Source: Raillietiella orientalis | Taxonomy: Eukaryota | Length of the DNA stretch: 64,000 nucleotides | Reading direction: 5' to 3' | Assembly: GCA_036172245.1 (NCBI GenBank) | Contig: JAYWIR010000031.1 | Location: 1,736,001 to 1,800,000 of the forward strand | In this document: piece after piece, positions 25,220 to 38,869 of the stretch | How positions within the stretch are numbered: position 1 is the first letter of the stretch | Layout: the number at the start of each line of letters is the position of its first letter | Program-made: the position numbers and the translations under genes | Notes under the pieces: generated by a model | Databases searched by the model: none | Told to the model about the DNA's origin: nothing | What the model saw: only the letters and a program-made list of their open reading frames with translations

Positions 25220-25560
25220 AGCTGTATAGCTGTCCCATTTATTTGAAGATACATTTGTTCCCAGTTGGAAATTCACTGACGATATGGCCTGTAAAAAAGT
25301 CCACGGATGTGGCCACCCGTTTGCTTCATGTACAGACTCAGGTACATTTTGTTCGGTGGCAGTGCACAACGATTTTGTTACAGTTATTCTCACGCCTAAA
25401 TGGTCGAAATCAGAACCACAGAGCACACCAGAGGACACACCAGGGAAGAAAGCAACTTTTGCGGTGACTGTGGAGGAGCTGCCAAAAGGGTCTTCAAGAG
25501 TTTCCAAAAGTGGTGCCATCCTTCTTGCTGTAATGACTCCCTCGTAACTCAGTGTGCGCA
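25220..25560 (+). pseudogene. Possible decayed C2H2 zinc-finger array fragment
   Basis: 'EHTRGHT(REES/GKKA)..CGDCG' resembles H..HTGEKP..C..CG. Neighbouring 'YSCPIYLKIH' and 'GCGHPF'. Frameshifted. Confidence 0.3.
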
Positions 25561-27249
25561 TCCGCATGTTGAGGGTAGAGTAAGGTTATTGGAATTGGGC
25601 GAAGGTTGCGTGTGTGACGGGCGAGGAATCACGCCCGTGGATGCACGGAAATCTTTCGTGAAATTAGTGGTGAGTCGTGCGCCACGTGCGATGGACCACT
25701 GTGCTCCACCTGAGAGAGAGGAACATCTCGTGGGAGGAATAAGGAACACGTGTGGTCTTTGGGAAGTCTGAGAGCAAGCAAGTGACGTGAGGATGAATCA
25801 GCAGGAGGAAAAAAATATATATGGCTACAAATCAAGTCGACGTTTTATGAAGCTAATAAGCTTTCTCGTGTTTTTTTTTTTTTTTTTTTGTTTGTTCTAC
25901 AGCAGGTGAAACAGCGCTCCGTGTGTGCAAATAATTGCATCCGTCGTAGTCGAGCAAAGTGAAACAGAAAACAACGACTTTACACGACCGTCCTCTTCAC
26001 AGGACGACATTGGTACACCGAATGAAGGAAAGCAGGGATCGGATTCCTGAGACCGGGTGGAAGCAAGGGACAACAGATATGAGAATCGAAAACAAGCAGG
26101 ATATCCAGCAGCATGATCTTGAGAAAATGAATCTCTCTGAGATGATAAAATTTGGTAGAAATGCATCTTTGGTACAGGAGTAAATAAAAATACATGAGTA
26201 TGAGTATGTGGATACGAATCGCAAGGACATCACATTGACAATAGGAATGGTTAGAGATCATACTGGGAAATGGAATTCAATCTGGAGTGAGAGAAATCAC
26301 AGGAAGAGCACTGAGCTTCTGCTGTGGCCATTTTTACAGCTTTCTGGTACAGACCAATTCGTGTGTGTAACCTAACTTTGGAAGGAAACATGCCGTGTGG
26401 GTTGCCAACACTCCTTCGAAACTCACTGCTACGGCAAATGGGCAGTCATTCTTTTATGTACATTGAGATTGCTTGATCGCTTATTCCAATGGTTCCAATG
26501 ATATTTATCCCCATGAGATTTCGTTACGTGAGTGAAGCCAGAATTGGTCCAGAGTTCCGAGCAAACCAGCATTCACTTTTATTTTCATTCTAAGGTCTGT
26601 CTTTTCACATGTGTGTTTTAGCATTTTAGTTCACGGAAAAAAAAAATGCATCGTAATAAATCTATAATTGGACAACCTTGAAATTATTTTCATGCTAACA
26701 CTATTATTCTTTTTATGTTATTAAACGCTTAAGACGGGAAGTAAGTAAATAAATCGGACCTCAAGTGGAAAACCTGGGGAGAACATCGCAGATTCAGATG
26801 TAATCTCGTAGGTTCGAATAGAGAATAAAAGTTCATCCCATTCTGGCTGCAATTACCTTGTAACCTATTAGGCCAAAGAAGTGAATCTCCTTTGATGAGC
26901 CCACTCAATCGTTTTGATGAGATAGAAGCATTAGTTATAGAAGGCCAGTTCTCCACTTCCTTCATGTGTGAAACACAATTACCAGATATTATTAAACTGC
27001 ACTTTTTTGTTTTCATGAAGCTACTTTTGTCCAATTACAGGGAATTCCTGTAAATCACATGTAGTCTACTCCTTACGTATACTATTTACGTATGAATCTA
27101 TACGCAGATTCTCCACATATAGGGTTCTTACGAACGAAGTGATCTGATGGATGAAGAAAGTTCTAGTGAATGAGTGCCGTATGTTTCTTCCGAGGAAGTG
27201 CATGCGTGCAGATGTGTGGAACTTCTTGAAATTTCCTTGGGTTGACGAA

Positions 27250-28950
27250 TCCCGAGTCATGTACTGGTTCTCATGATAGCAACCCCTCAGGCTCCTTCGA
27301 GAGGAAAACCGGAGTACAAGGTGGCACGTCCCATCTTCCAAATTCAAGGAAGTTGACCTCTCACTGTGCAAAGTGCGACTCGCGGATGCCAACAAGATCC
27401 AGCAGGTGCTCCGAGCATCATCGGGCATTCCGTTTCCTCTGAGAGTGGTCCAGATTCGAACTCAGTGGATCCTTGATCTCAGCTGGGAGGAAAACGGATT
27501 CTGCAGTGTGCGAACATGTGAGAAGAAAGTCCGGTCGGGCTGGGACACTCCAGTTTCACTGAAAAAGCATCACTTTGGGATCTCTAATAGAACGAGCTTA
27601 TCGAAAATGACAATTTAGAGAAGTCTGCTCCTTGCATCCATTCAATCCCAATCTGTTTGTAGCAAACGCCCTTTTTACATAGCGGTAGGAGATGGTATTG
27701 CACAGAAACTTATCAAGTGCTCATGATCGCCTTCTAAAGACACAAAGTGGAGGCAGAGGGGTGAAGAACAGAACCGATTCGAAGAAAACTTCCATTTGTT
27801 GAAGCTCATGGCAAAGAGATTCGGGAACCTTTATGTGAAACTGTGGATATAAGGATGAAGCTCAGTCAGCTTGACGGAGGAACCCCAGTCAGCCACTCAG
27901 AGCACAAGTGGCTTATAGGAGTAGTGACCAGTTCTGCTCACGATACAAAATTCACGCCACTGTGAAGTTCGGAAAATGCCCTACAGGGCAAACAAAGTTC
28001 TTATGTGTGACCCTACTTGGAATCGGAGACAGCCCTGGCTCCAGGAGCATTTCGTGTCCATGTGATTGGAGGAGAAAACGAGTGCACGGATTCAAAATCG
28101 CAAAGTGATATTCTAATAAAGTTCGCCAAAATGGTATCGGAGGCTTTGCTGACAACGATGAGCGCTCTGCCTGACCTACCGCTACGCACAAGATTATGGC
28201 GACGGTCCATGACGGAAAATCTCAAAATGCGATTCATGCCAAACAGGGAGCCAGATTCCTTCGTAACTCAGCAAAGAATCAACGATTCTCCATGTATTCG
28301 GAAATGCTGCAAAGAGTGAAGCTGCATCCGGAGAAGTGAATGTGATTTGCTTTTCTTGTGCACACGTAGTGATCCATCAGCACGGGATTCTTGGATAAGT
28401 GCTGCTGATGACAACTCATTACAACGACTCGCGAGTGGGAGCACGAGATCACAGTGATGTATCATGAGAAAAGAGTGGAAGTGCAGCACCCAATGAATAT
28501 GAAGGGTTTCACAGTAGAATCTGCAGTGAAACGTGCACAGAGCGAATTAGCAAAGGGTCGGAGAACCAACATTCAAATTCTTGATCAAATAGACCCTTTT
28601 TTTTTTTCTTTTCTTTTCTTTTTTACATCTTTCGTAGTGGATCAATGGTAAAATAGCACCTGGTCCATCTTCATTCTTGCATACTTCCGTCTGCACCTAC
28701 TCGCGAGTTTCCCGAACAAACTGCGGAATGCGAACTTGGACTAAATGTTCTCCGGCTTGGCATCTAAATTAACAAATGTAAAAGAAATTCTCGGATAGAT
28801 ACACAAAATCGAAATTTGGCTCCCGAAACGCATTGGGGAACGCTCGTCGGAATGTTCCTCAAGGCTGGAGGACGACAGGTGGATGACGCTCGGTATCCAA
28901 GCTGCGTTCCATCCTGGCTACGAGATTATAATTTCCAAAGCCATGAATGC
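27250..28950 (+). mobile_element. hAT DNA transposon remnant(s)
   Basis: BED-finger-like 'HCAKCDSRMPTRSSRCSEHH', then 'APGAFRVHVIG' (cf. HC.AH) and 'LPLRTRLWRRSMTENLKMRF' (TRW motif). A second 'PETHWGTLVGMFL' at ~28820. Confidence 0.55.
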
Positions 28951-29939
28951 CACACTTATAACAGACAAGGAACGCACTGCACATCACGTTTTTTTCCATA
29001 GCTCTGAATCGTAGATGGCATTTCATGAAACTTCTAGGATGCTCCGCATTCTTCCGGAATGATAGATACCGGGTTTTTTATTAGACACGGGGAAAGAATG
29101 AATAAGATTGCTTCTGATTAGTTCAGATCAGTTCCGAAAACTCCCGTGCTCTCCTCAGTTCAGTTGCTGCATGAAATGATTGCATTTAAGATCCCGTTTA
29201 AAGACATCCTTTTGAGTTTTGAGCAGCTTGGCCCTAATCACTATTGATCCACAGTTTCCCCGGGAACTCCATGAACAAGTTTCAGGTGCAGCCATGCACT
29301 TTTTATTACATTCATATTGCTGCTAATAAATATTCAAGTATGCCGGTTCTTGGGATTCCTCTTGGATCAAGATAAATTGGAGGACCTTTATCCAAGTTAT
29401 CTGACGGTTATCGGTAGTGCACATCAAATGAATTCATTAACGAGCGCATCATCATTGTACCGTTCTAACTGCTTGCATCTTTCTTGTAAAGCTCAAGTTG
29501 TTCTTCCTTGAACGGGATAATCAGACAAAAGGGTTTTTCTTAAAATCTGTTGCCTGGAAATCGAAATTCTACAAAATGAGTTCCGGAAGTCTTGTAGAAG
29601 GTAATGGCTTTGCTGTCCCCTTTGAGAGCGAGCTGAGTAGTGTCCACCGCTTCGGGACAGATCGAATTCATTGTCTCTCAGAAGCAACAGAAAAGGATTA
29701 CCTTCGATGGGATGAGGAAAGCTCCAGCGTCATCCGCGTGTTGAATTGATTGCCTAGAGATAAGAAAAGGGGGTCGGCTCTGATACCGGACTAAAGTTGA
29801 ATCACGGTAACGTTAGAAAAGCATATCTTGACGAAGTCAGCTTTCCAAAATCTTTCTACAGCGTGGCTTCCAAGGAGTCATGTCCTGGTCTTTGATTCCA
29901 TGAGAACGTTTCTCAATTTCATCATCTCAGATACTCCTT

Positions 29940-30850
29940 TCAACTGAGTTGGCTCGGAAATCGCAATCCTCTACCTGCTGTCACTGCATCTGCAAAGATG
30001 ATCAAGGGAGTTTGTAGGAATGACTGACTACCAGTCTTCTGCATACTCCCTGTTTGATCCAGCATCTTTTTTTCTTGGATCAACTTGAAAAGTTCATAAG
30101 ATTGCTTAGAGTCTTTCGATCCCCAAGAAGAACACTCTGACGCAAGTAGGAAATGGATTCCATCTTCCATGTCCACAGGCGGACGCAATGTGAGACACAG
30201 GAGAAAATGAGCCCGATGGAAAGCTGTTGCCAGGATCTTGGAATCCAATTCCTACTTGCTGCTCAAAGGTATCACAAATAGGAACATCACAGGTGGGGGA
30301 GAAGATGCCTCTGTGGAATTCCCTCGATGCTGGCCGGATGAGCAGCATTGCCAGATGATACAGCGTTTGTTGAGAGATCATCCCGAAGAGCGTTGCGGGA
30401 CAGCACGGAGGACATTAATGGAATGATGCTCCGTGCGACTCCTTCAGCTCTTCCTGCGGATCGAATTCGCCATCTGCCTCGAGGAAGTGGATGCCAAAAT
30501 TCTGCTCGCTTACCCCAGCAGAATGCTGCAAAGTCCACGCGACTCGATCTTCCTCCAGCGAGTGTCGCGAGGTTTTGAGGTGCTCCCTGTCGATGTTCTC
30601 TCTTTCACTCCCGGATTTAAATTGAATCGAGCGATTTTGAATCGCTCTCTGGGCACGGGCACGCTGATGCACCGTTGTCAGAGTTGCATCTGCGACCTCA
30701 CTGCACACGTCCATCGTTGCCACGGGTTGCCACAGCCCCACCTCGCATCTTCGATTTCATTTCGAAGGTCGATGGCAGCCGGCCGCACAAGTCGCTCCGC
30801 AAGGTCTGAAACTTCTGTCTTCCTGATCTCCACCGGGTCCTCTTCAGTTT
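29940..30850 (-). mobile_element. Non-LTR retrotransposon RT remnant
   Basis: 'WQPVATMDVCSEVADATL' (cf. YRPISLL), 'IQFKSGSE' (cf. Q.GFR.G), 'CPATLFGM' (cf. LSP.LF) and 'LIIFADAV' (cf. FADD), in order. Confidence 0.6.
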
Positions 30851-31779
30851 GCGAAGGAGTTTGAAAGCTCCTTTCGTTTGCGCGGTTAGGTCTTGGGCTC
30901 TGTTCGAACGTGGGTTCTCACCCTACGACTTTTCTTGGAGCGAAACGCGTGGTGACACCAATCAGCACACGCTAGTCGGGCGTACACGCAAAGCTGGATG
31001 TAACTGGGAACCGTTACCTTTCTACGAGGGTCTCTGAAGGAAGAAAAGGAAGAACGTCCCGCCGATAGCAATTGGAAAACGAATACACGAAAGAATAAAA
31101 AGGAGCAATGAAGTGTCCTCAAGGATTCACGTCGCTTCTCAGAAAACAAGAGAAAATGAATAAGCATGCTGCTATGGCACTGTGATTCTTTGCTTGCTTT
31201 TAAGCAATCCTTCCTAAGGTTCTCAGTGATACTTCTTAGCATCACAAATCTTGATGCATATTTCTCGAGGGAAAAAAAAGAAGAAGAAGAAGAAAGCTCG
31301 TTAAAAACGAGGGATTTGATGCTAAAGATCGGTGCGAAGGGACACTTTGGGATCAACGATGGTCGAGGGCTGCTGAACTCCTAGCAGAGAATGTCAAGTT
31401 GAGATTTGGAGCTTACGACCATTCTCATATCGTGAACTGCAAGTAAGAAAGAGAAATCTTTCAAGATGAAAGTTTTCTTCTCCATCTCTCTCCGCTTTCA
31501 AGCTGAAAGGAAAGAATTCAAAGAAGGATTTTTTTTTTAGTGGAGGCTGCTCCTGGAAGGGAAAAAGTTCTGCCTGTGCAATCAGCTACAAAAGAGGAGG
31601 TAAAGCACAGAGAGGGAAGCCAGATTACAACGGCTCGTGTGCACACGTGAAGAATCCGAAACTTCTGAAAGTTATCATGTAATACCCTCTATGTAGAGTT
31701 CGGAAGGAAGGAGAACTGTATACTGTATAAGCATGCTGTACAGAGTGCAGTGCTAATGTGGAGCTAAAGACTCGTGGAA

Positions 31780-32050
31780 CTACGAAATCGGTGATGAGAC
31801 CTCATAGTGCGCTATTTGCGCGATTTCAAACTGGTGATGGTTTACCTGACAACCGGTGACGGTTTCTATTCCCGAAGCGAAATTAGAACGCGTTTATCTG
31901 TCCGAAACGCAAGTACGGCGCCATGCTCGATCTCTCTGCGGCATCCATATCTTGCTGGGTTTGCTGGGAGCATTTTATCATCTGCAGCTTACTATCGGAA
32001 AACTTTTTGAGAATGATGTGTCTCAGTGGATCTTAAGAAAAGATATGCGC
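31780..32050 (+). mobile_element. DIRS/Ngaro-type RT C-terminal remnant
   Basis: 'KSVMRP' followed by 'VTVSIPEAKLERV...ILLGLLGAF' (cf. KS...P ... MTVSLP.DK..R....LLG.L.F). Confidence 0.5.
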
Positions 32051-32829
32051 TGCATCCGATTTACCGGATTTCTTGCACGCCAGCTAGCATCCAACTTTTC
32101 ATCTTGTGTGAAAGTCTGCTGTAGCGATTACGAAATGACCGTAGTCCGCAGTGGAAGCTTCGACGCGAATCCTCTGACAGATACGGAAAAATCGTTTCGT
32201 TTAATCTGCATTCCGAAGCCATTGGCAGGGAAGCCTTTTTTTTTTTTTTTTTCCGGTCTCCTGTCAGAGACGGAAAACAAACTTCCCTGCCAGTGGAAGC
32301 TTTGCAGCACAGCCCTTGTGCTCCGAGAGCCGAAAGTGATTCGGGCACGTTTTAAGACAGAGCGAAGTTGCAGCCACCACTGCATCGGTGCGAGGGTGGT
32401 GCGGGAAGGAAGGCCAAAGAGTGGAGAGAGCATTCCGAGAGGACGAGCGAAAGCATCGCGTGCTGCGACTCTCGCACAGCACGCTGACCAGGCGTGCGTG
32501 TCACCAGTAGGCGTCGCTCGCTGTTCCCACGGCGGGAAAGCCAGTGCGATGCTTGAGCCTGTTTCAAACATCCCGAATTCCCGAACCGGTTGCTTCCGTC
32601 GAGGTGCGGCGAGAATTCGCCAGGGAGGCAGTCCTGCTTCTGTTTCAGGATTACGTGGTGGTACTATGAAGAGGGCCTGAAGGATTTGCATTGCATTCTT
32701 CGTTTGAGCTGCACCTGAAGAACCGCTTTTTGCTCATTGGACGTAATTGACGGCCCAAACAGAAGTCGTGGGCTGCAATTAGAAGAAGGGAGGACACGGT
32801 AATACTCGAGTAGTGGACAGAAACTACAT

Positions 32830-35800
32830 CAAGAAAATGGGTCCGAATGCTGTAGAAGCTAAAGTTTCAATCTGCTTGTGCAGAGAATGACCGTACGCCC
32901 AAGAGTGCTTGCAGATTCATTAGATGTGACAGGTCAGCAGGAAAAAACAACGAAGAACGATCCCCACATCGAATCCTCATCGACCAGGAGGAAGATCTTG
33001 TTGTTAATGGAAGGTTTGTTGGCACGGCTGTTTGTCGTCTGTGAGAACATTTGAGACTCTCTGACAGCAAGGACCGGAAATCTCAGCAGACCTCTGTCTT
33101 CAAAGAATGCCGAGGAAAACTTTATTTGGAAGATTCACTTTTGAAAACTTATGGGGAAGAATGGTAGAGATTTTTAGAATTTGCAGGAAAAAAGAGTACG
33201 AGGGGAACGAGGATTTAAGTCAGTTCTTCCACCTGATGGGGAAAAAATCAGAACCACGGTTTTCACTCTCCAGCGAGCATCTTGAGCTTCGTACATCTCT
33301 GCTTCCATGTTCAACGTCCAAGTCCAACTTCTCACTCTTCAAGGATCGGAAGAGGAAATGATCCATCTAGAAAACACTCTCGTACTCCAAGGAGACAGTT
33401 GTATCTCAAGCCGTTTTGTGTTCAGTATCGTAGGGTCCCCCCCTCCTTCCTGCAGTTTTCGACAAGACGCTCCTCGGTTCGTTTCAGACTGCAGTCGTTG
33501 AGTGGCCGCACGTCGCGCGGCGTGATGGATCTTTAGGCACACGGATGAGACTTTTCAAGTTCGGTGATGATGGATCCACATTTCCTTTCGTTGTTATCGT
33601 AGGCCGGCATCAGACAATCCATTTGGCACATTGCACGTGCGCGAACACCAAGCGTGATGCTGTCCGGTGTGCTTGTGGAAGCTAGGATGGTTCTGTAGAA
33701 TGGATTCCCGAGAGCTGAAAACATCTGAGACTGAAAATGCCGTAGATGTGCTCTGCCGACACACGATCGTCGCGCGAAAGAAACACTAAGCTTCGTTATA
33801 TCCCATCCAGATGTTCTTGGATGTACTGGATTCTTTTCTGCCCTCTCCCTGTTCCGCTATCTCAGGCGAGTCTAATTATGACCTTTAGTGCGGGGTGTTA
33901 TCATCTCTGAAGTCCCAGGAAACTCAGGCTCTCTGACTGGTTGCATGAGCCGAAAGGACGAGACATGGTTGAAAATCGCGGCAGGTTAGCTGCAAGGGGC
34001 GATTCGAGATTGCGGAGGCTGAGCTAGGAAGCAACTTTAAATCAATGAAAACCTGTTCACTGAAGGACATGACGAACTGCTGGTCTAGGTGAAGCACTGG
34101 GAGCTGGTGACCTTCATTCAGCCTATTGCGCGAGAAGACTCGTACCGGAGGAGGCAAGGTTCCACTGAACGTCTGCTTCCGGGCACTCAGGGACGACGCT
34201 AGAAGATCAGAGCAGCAGAAGTAAAGGAGGACCAGCGTCAACGGTAGGAAGATTCGTCGTGGGAATCTCTGCAACTTGGCAAACGGCGAAGCGGCGATGG
34301 GGTTGAATTTCCAACGAAACAGCTGGAGCACATCCGAAAGAAGGTGACGTGTTCGAACATTCCTCATCACTGGATACGTACTGGAACCATCGGATGGGTC
34401 TCCGTCCCTCTTGAAAGACCTCAGTTTCGTCATGGGAACCAGGTGGAGAAAACAGCCTGGCCCGAATGGGCGTCGCCTACTCCTCTCCTCCTCACACCTA
34501 TCTGCCGATCGGAAGGAGACACAAGATGTGTCGCTTCCGAAGTTTCGGCTGCTGCTACTGCAACCAGGAAACCTGCGGTTTCTTGAAAGTGTTGCTACTT
34601 GTTTCCAGGACTACAGCAAGTGCTTAAAAGGACGAACGAAGACGGAAACTGCAGCTGAATGTTCTGTCGGCTGCGTCGTGATCGTCTGGATGTGTGAATC
34701 GATTCTAGCTAGCAGACTCATTACAGGGCATCAAATGGTGGTGTCCCCACGCTGCTTTTGTCGGGGTATTTTGGCAAGTGGGCTGCGAGAGAGCTTCAAC
34801 CGGACGGACTGCCAAAATCAGGATGAGTGCACAAGCAGGGCAGCAAGGGAGCTCCATCCCGTTGCGGAAAACCTGGCGTTCCCATTCCTTTCGTGGCATC
34901 GTCCACGTATCCGATGGAACAGGGGAAAGGAGGTACCGACGGATGGGTGGACTCACCTGGGAGGTCGTCGAAACTTTCCAACTTTGGAGCTTTCGCTTTC
35001 GGACGCTCTCATTGCGCAGCAGTTCGGCAACTCTGGAAAAGTCCACCTGCCTGCAGGAAAGCAAGGAACAAAAAGAAAAAAAACGGATGCGGATGAATAA
35101 GATGTGGATTGCCTAATCTTCAGTGAGTTCAGTGACCTCTGAAAAAGGACACAGATCTGCAAGGGTTCCGTCAACACGAAAGTGGCACTCTCAGTACATT
35201 CCAGCGAGACAGAATGTACGTGACTCGTGGACCAAGGAAGGCCCCCGCGAAGGGACAAAGGAAAAACCAGCACCTTCGGTAACGCATTGCAATGAAGATG
35301 AAAGGCGAAGCTGAGGTTCGGCCACTTGCCGTCGAGATTTCGCCTTTGTTTCCTGCTGGTGATTTTTTTTTCCAGTGTTCTGTTTGGTCCGGAAGGATTC
35401 CCCCTTTTTGTCTGGAGAATGATCGTGTTCCCTTCGATCTCGGCAGAACTTCGCACCAGTCTCCTTATGAAAATCTCCTCGGATTCACTGGAAAGTGTAT
35501 GCAGCATCCTACAAGCACGATACGAAGCTTAAAAGAAGCATCATTGCGAGGTACTCGATGCTCCCTACGGGAGAGTGACGATTCAGATGAAGGTTCGTAC
35601 GAAGCTGTACAAAGGAAAGCCACGTTTGTGTGTTCGAAGGAGAAGCAGGAAAGACTGACCAGCATTCTCTTTCACATCAATTCTTGAAAAGTCTTGTCAG
35701 AAAAAAAAAGGGAAAATTAGACCTCCAGTTTAATCCTGAAGAAAAATTTCCGGTTAACTTTGGATTCCTCCCAAGTTCAGCGCGCGATTTCGTGTAAAGG

Positions 35801-37050
35801 AAGGAATCTTTGAATGGACTTGAAATCTCGATTCAGCTGCTTCTGCAGATTCCTCTTAAAATCCTGAATTGAAAGCTTCCTTCCTTTAAAGCTTCCTTTC
35901 CGATGGTCCATTGAGTAAAAAAGAGAGAGAGAGAGAGAAGGCGTTTCTGGCACCTGGAAACTCCAGGGAGTGAATGGTGTTCCTCATCTGGTATAGCGAA
36001 CGAATGAAGGCCACGGAGAGCGAAACGGTCCTCAACCTATTCTCTGACTTCAAGTGGTGAAAGAGCCTGAACGCTGAAGGTCGCGCTGCCGGAGACACGA
36101 GCGCCACCGGCGGGACCATTTCGAGAAGCACAACTGGCGCGCTCACGAGCCGAACGCCGGCTCGCGGGGTGCAACCCGATTTCATGTGATCCGATGGGCG
36201 TCGCATCCATGAGAGCTGCTGGTTGCCGCGGACGGCGGGACTCAACCGTGGCAACCGTTGAATCTCCCAACGAGACCGCACTCCACCGCCGTTCCTGCCT
36301 TCCAGGATTCCGAAAGGACGATGCCGGAGGACGACGGCACGTTCCCCCGTTTCCCGCTCGCAGGAGGGTGGCGATGGGGCGATCGAAAGCGTTTGGGCGC
36401 GAGCTCGTCTGAGGCCAACATCGACTCAGAGACCTCGGTCTTGGTAACAAGTGCTCCAGGAGGTGAACGGAAGTCTGATGTGAACATCCTTGCCCCCCCC
36501 TCCAAAGTTGGATAAGGATAAGGAGCACAGCGATGAGAATTTGGACTGAAAGCAGCCTTGAGGTGACGATCTCCAAAAGAACTTCAAAACTTCCAGAAAA
36601 TTCGGGTTCCTCCACCCTGTTAGCCTCGAGCCTTTTCCCGTTCAGGATCTCGCAGGAGGAAGGAAACGCGATCAAGAGGAGTTCGAAATCGGAACCTGAA
36701 TTCGAAAAATCGGAACCTGAATTCCTTTGGATTGAGGTCATCGAGGGAAACTCGCAGTCCCTAGTTGGCACTTCCTTGGAGGCATCAGACGGTGACCTTC
36801 CATGGCAACGACATCGAAGGGTCAGAATGAAGGACCTAGGGTGTCTGGGTCTTGTCGAAGATTCCAGTGTCCACGTAGCGTTCGAGACTCTCGTCCGCTT
36901 CCTCATGACTGTTGTTGGCAAATTGCGAGTTTCAGGTCGGCGGAAGTCGACCTCTCGAACTCGAAATGATTTATGCGTCCTCTGGAAGGATCCTGATTCG
37001 TTCCTGGAGATTCTAAGATGCATTAAGCTCAACAGCTGTCAAATTGCACC
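32830..37050 (-). mobile_element. I-group (I/Nimb-like) LINE, long but decayed
   Basis: ORF1 knuckle region: 'RSFILTLRCRCHGR'. EN: 'LIQLWRG...LLEHLLPRPRSLSRCWPQT' and a frameshifted LGDFN (TTGGGAGATTCAAC, complement of 36257-36270). Linker: 'KRKLQSWK'. RT: 'FKRDGDPSDGSSTYPV', 'QVFIDLK', 'PAYDNN', 'CGDRSSL'. ORF1 may extend to ~37900. Confidence 0.7.
36685..36724 (+). repeat. Short tandem duplication
   Basis: AAATCGGAACCTGAATTC occurs twice at a 21-nt period. Confidence 0.85.
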
Positions 37051-37990
37051 ACAGTTCACTTTTTTCTCTTTTTTCTTTTTGGCGAGAATTTATACGAGAT
37101 GGGGCGCTCAAAAGGAAGTGACTCACGGCTGTGTGTATTCTTGTTGTTGGTACTTCAGTTTTCATCCTCTGGATGGATGTCGGTGGTTCACAAGAATCCC
37201 CTAAGTCGTTCGCTGGTTGGCGCATCTTTTCGAGAAGGAATTAGAAATGTGATTAGCGTGAGCTTTGAGTGCTCGTGACGGAGAAGAAGTGTGGTCACTT
37301 CTCCATCACGAGTCTTTCTTCTGGAACAACAGAAAAGTTGCCGTTAGTCCATCCCTGCTTAACCTTAGTCAGACATCCCTTCCTATGCTCCTCATTTGCT
37401 CAGGACATATGCAGCAAAATAAGCTGAGCATGTTCAGTCGACTGGAAGCTGAAGGTCGCGGAGCTGTTGACGCTGAAGGCACAAGATTAGGTTCATCTCG
37501 GCAAACTTCCAGACAGTTCCATTAGGGAGGATCACACTAAGGTCGCGTGCGTATTCTCGTGTGACCGCGCAATCCCACGAGAGCTCGGATTCTGATGCAC
37601 TATTGAATTTGGCGGGCCGAGTGTCTATTCGAAGGGCAGTCATTCACTCTTTGGGTTGAGCATAATCGGCCACGGGGCATGGAAATCGAGAAAGACCAGG
37701 AATAAAGCCTGCCTCGAGGAAATTTTAGATCGATTTAAAACTGGCGCACAAAGTCGGAGCCCCGTACTGAAAAATTTTTGAGTTTGCATCCTGGGAACAG
37801 ATCTTGGAACAACTTGGAGATCGATTTCCTGATCTGTCCAGGGGAGAAGACAACGCGTAGACAGCGATACTTCCATAAGATCCAATCTGTTGATATCCTG
37901 GTAGCTGCCGTTAAGTGACAGCTACTTTTATCTTTCAGACCATCGTAAAATGTTTTGGAGGATCAATTTAAGGGAAGAAATCAAGGTTAT

Positions 37991-38240
37991 GCCCGCGTAG
38001 AAGGCCGTGTTGCTGCGGTCTTCTCTCGTGGTACCAAGTGTTGCGGGTTCGAATCCCGCCCGGGGAAAGAGCGACGCCGAGAAATATAGGGTGCGTCATG
38101 GGTTTCGCGTTCTCCCTGAAAGATGAACGCTGGTTGGCCTATATCCGGGTGCAGCGCTGGTGGAAACCCCCTTTGAGTGGCCGGGATTGGAAGCTGACCT
38201 TCCAGGGTCCTTCCAGGAATCAAGGAGCACCGGCTCCCTC
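37991..38240 (+). mobile_element. tRNA-derived SINE-like element, copy 3 (uninterrupted)
   Basis: B-box GGTTCGAATCC at 38046-38056. Shares GATGA(A)CGCTGGTTGGC with copy 1, CGAC.CCGAGAAAT with copy 2, and its 3' half with 9144-9240. Confidence 0.65.
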
Positions 38241-38869
38241 CGAGGTCCCCCTCCGGGGAAAATGAAAATTAGGAGGCCAGCGAAAGTGCAGATAATTCGT
38301 AAGGAGAGTGGGGACACCCGATAAACTCGAATGAATTCCCCGATCAGCTGCTCTTACTATGCACATCTTGTCCAGATAGTGTCCGTTTCCACTTCCAAGC
38401 TGGAAGATGCGCAGAGGCGTGTTGACAACAAGCAGCGCGTTTCTTTGCACCGGCAAGAAATAGGTTTGGTGGAGTCATCGAGGATGACTTTAAGTAGCCT
38501 CGTGCCGGTAGTTTCCGCACGTCCCGACCGAGTGGTTTGCGTAGCGTGGAGCACTAAAATCCCATCAATGAAAGTATGCGTTTCTACATAGCCACTGCAA
38601 TGTACTATGTTAGTGATGAGGACCACCAAAGTGGACTCAGCTTCTTGCAATCAAGTGTTCCGTGTAAACGAAAACATCTCGAACTCGCTTTCCCTTTCGA
38701 TAATGAACCGCAATCGCAGAACGGAAGAGGAAATTACAGGTCGGATGCTGCAGCCTGCCCGTGGAAAAAGGATTTCTTTAGAGTGAGTTTTACTCTAATG
38801 GAATCTCTGTTCCAGGAAAGGAATTATCCCTCCAAGAGATAATTCCTTTCTTGTAGTTCAGCTTTCAGA

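Noticed and set aside
36037..37204. Long overlapping ORFs (331 aa minus, 223 aa plus) as host genes
   Set aside because: Explained by a decayed LINE ORF1/endonuclease junction and its antisense frame.
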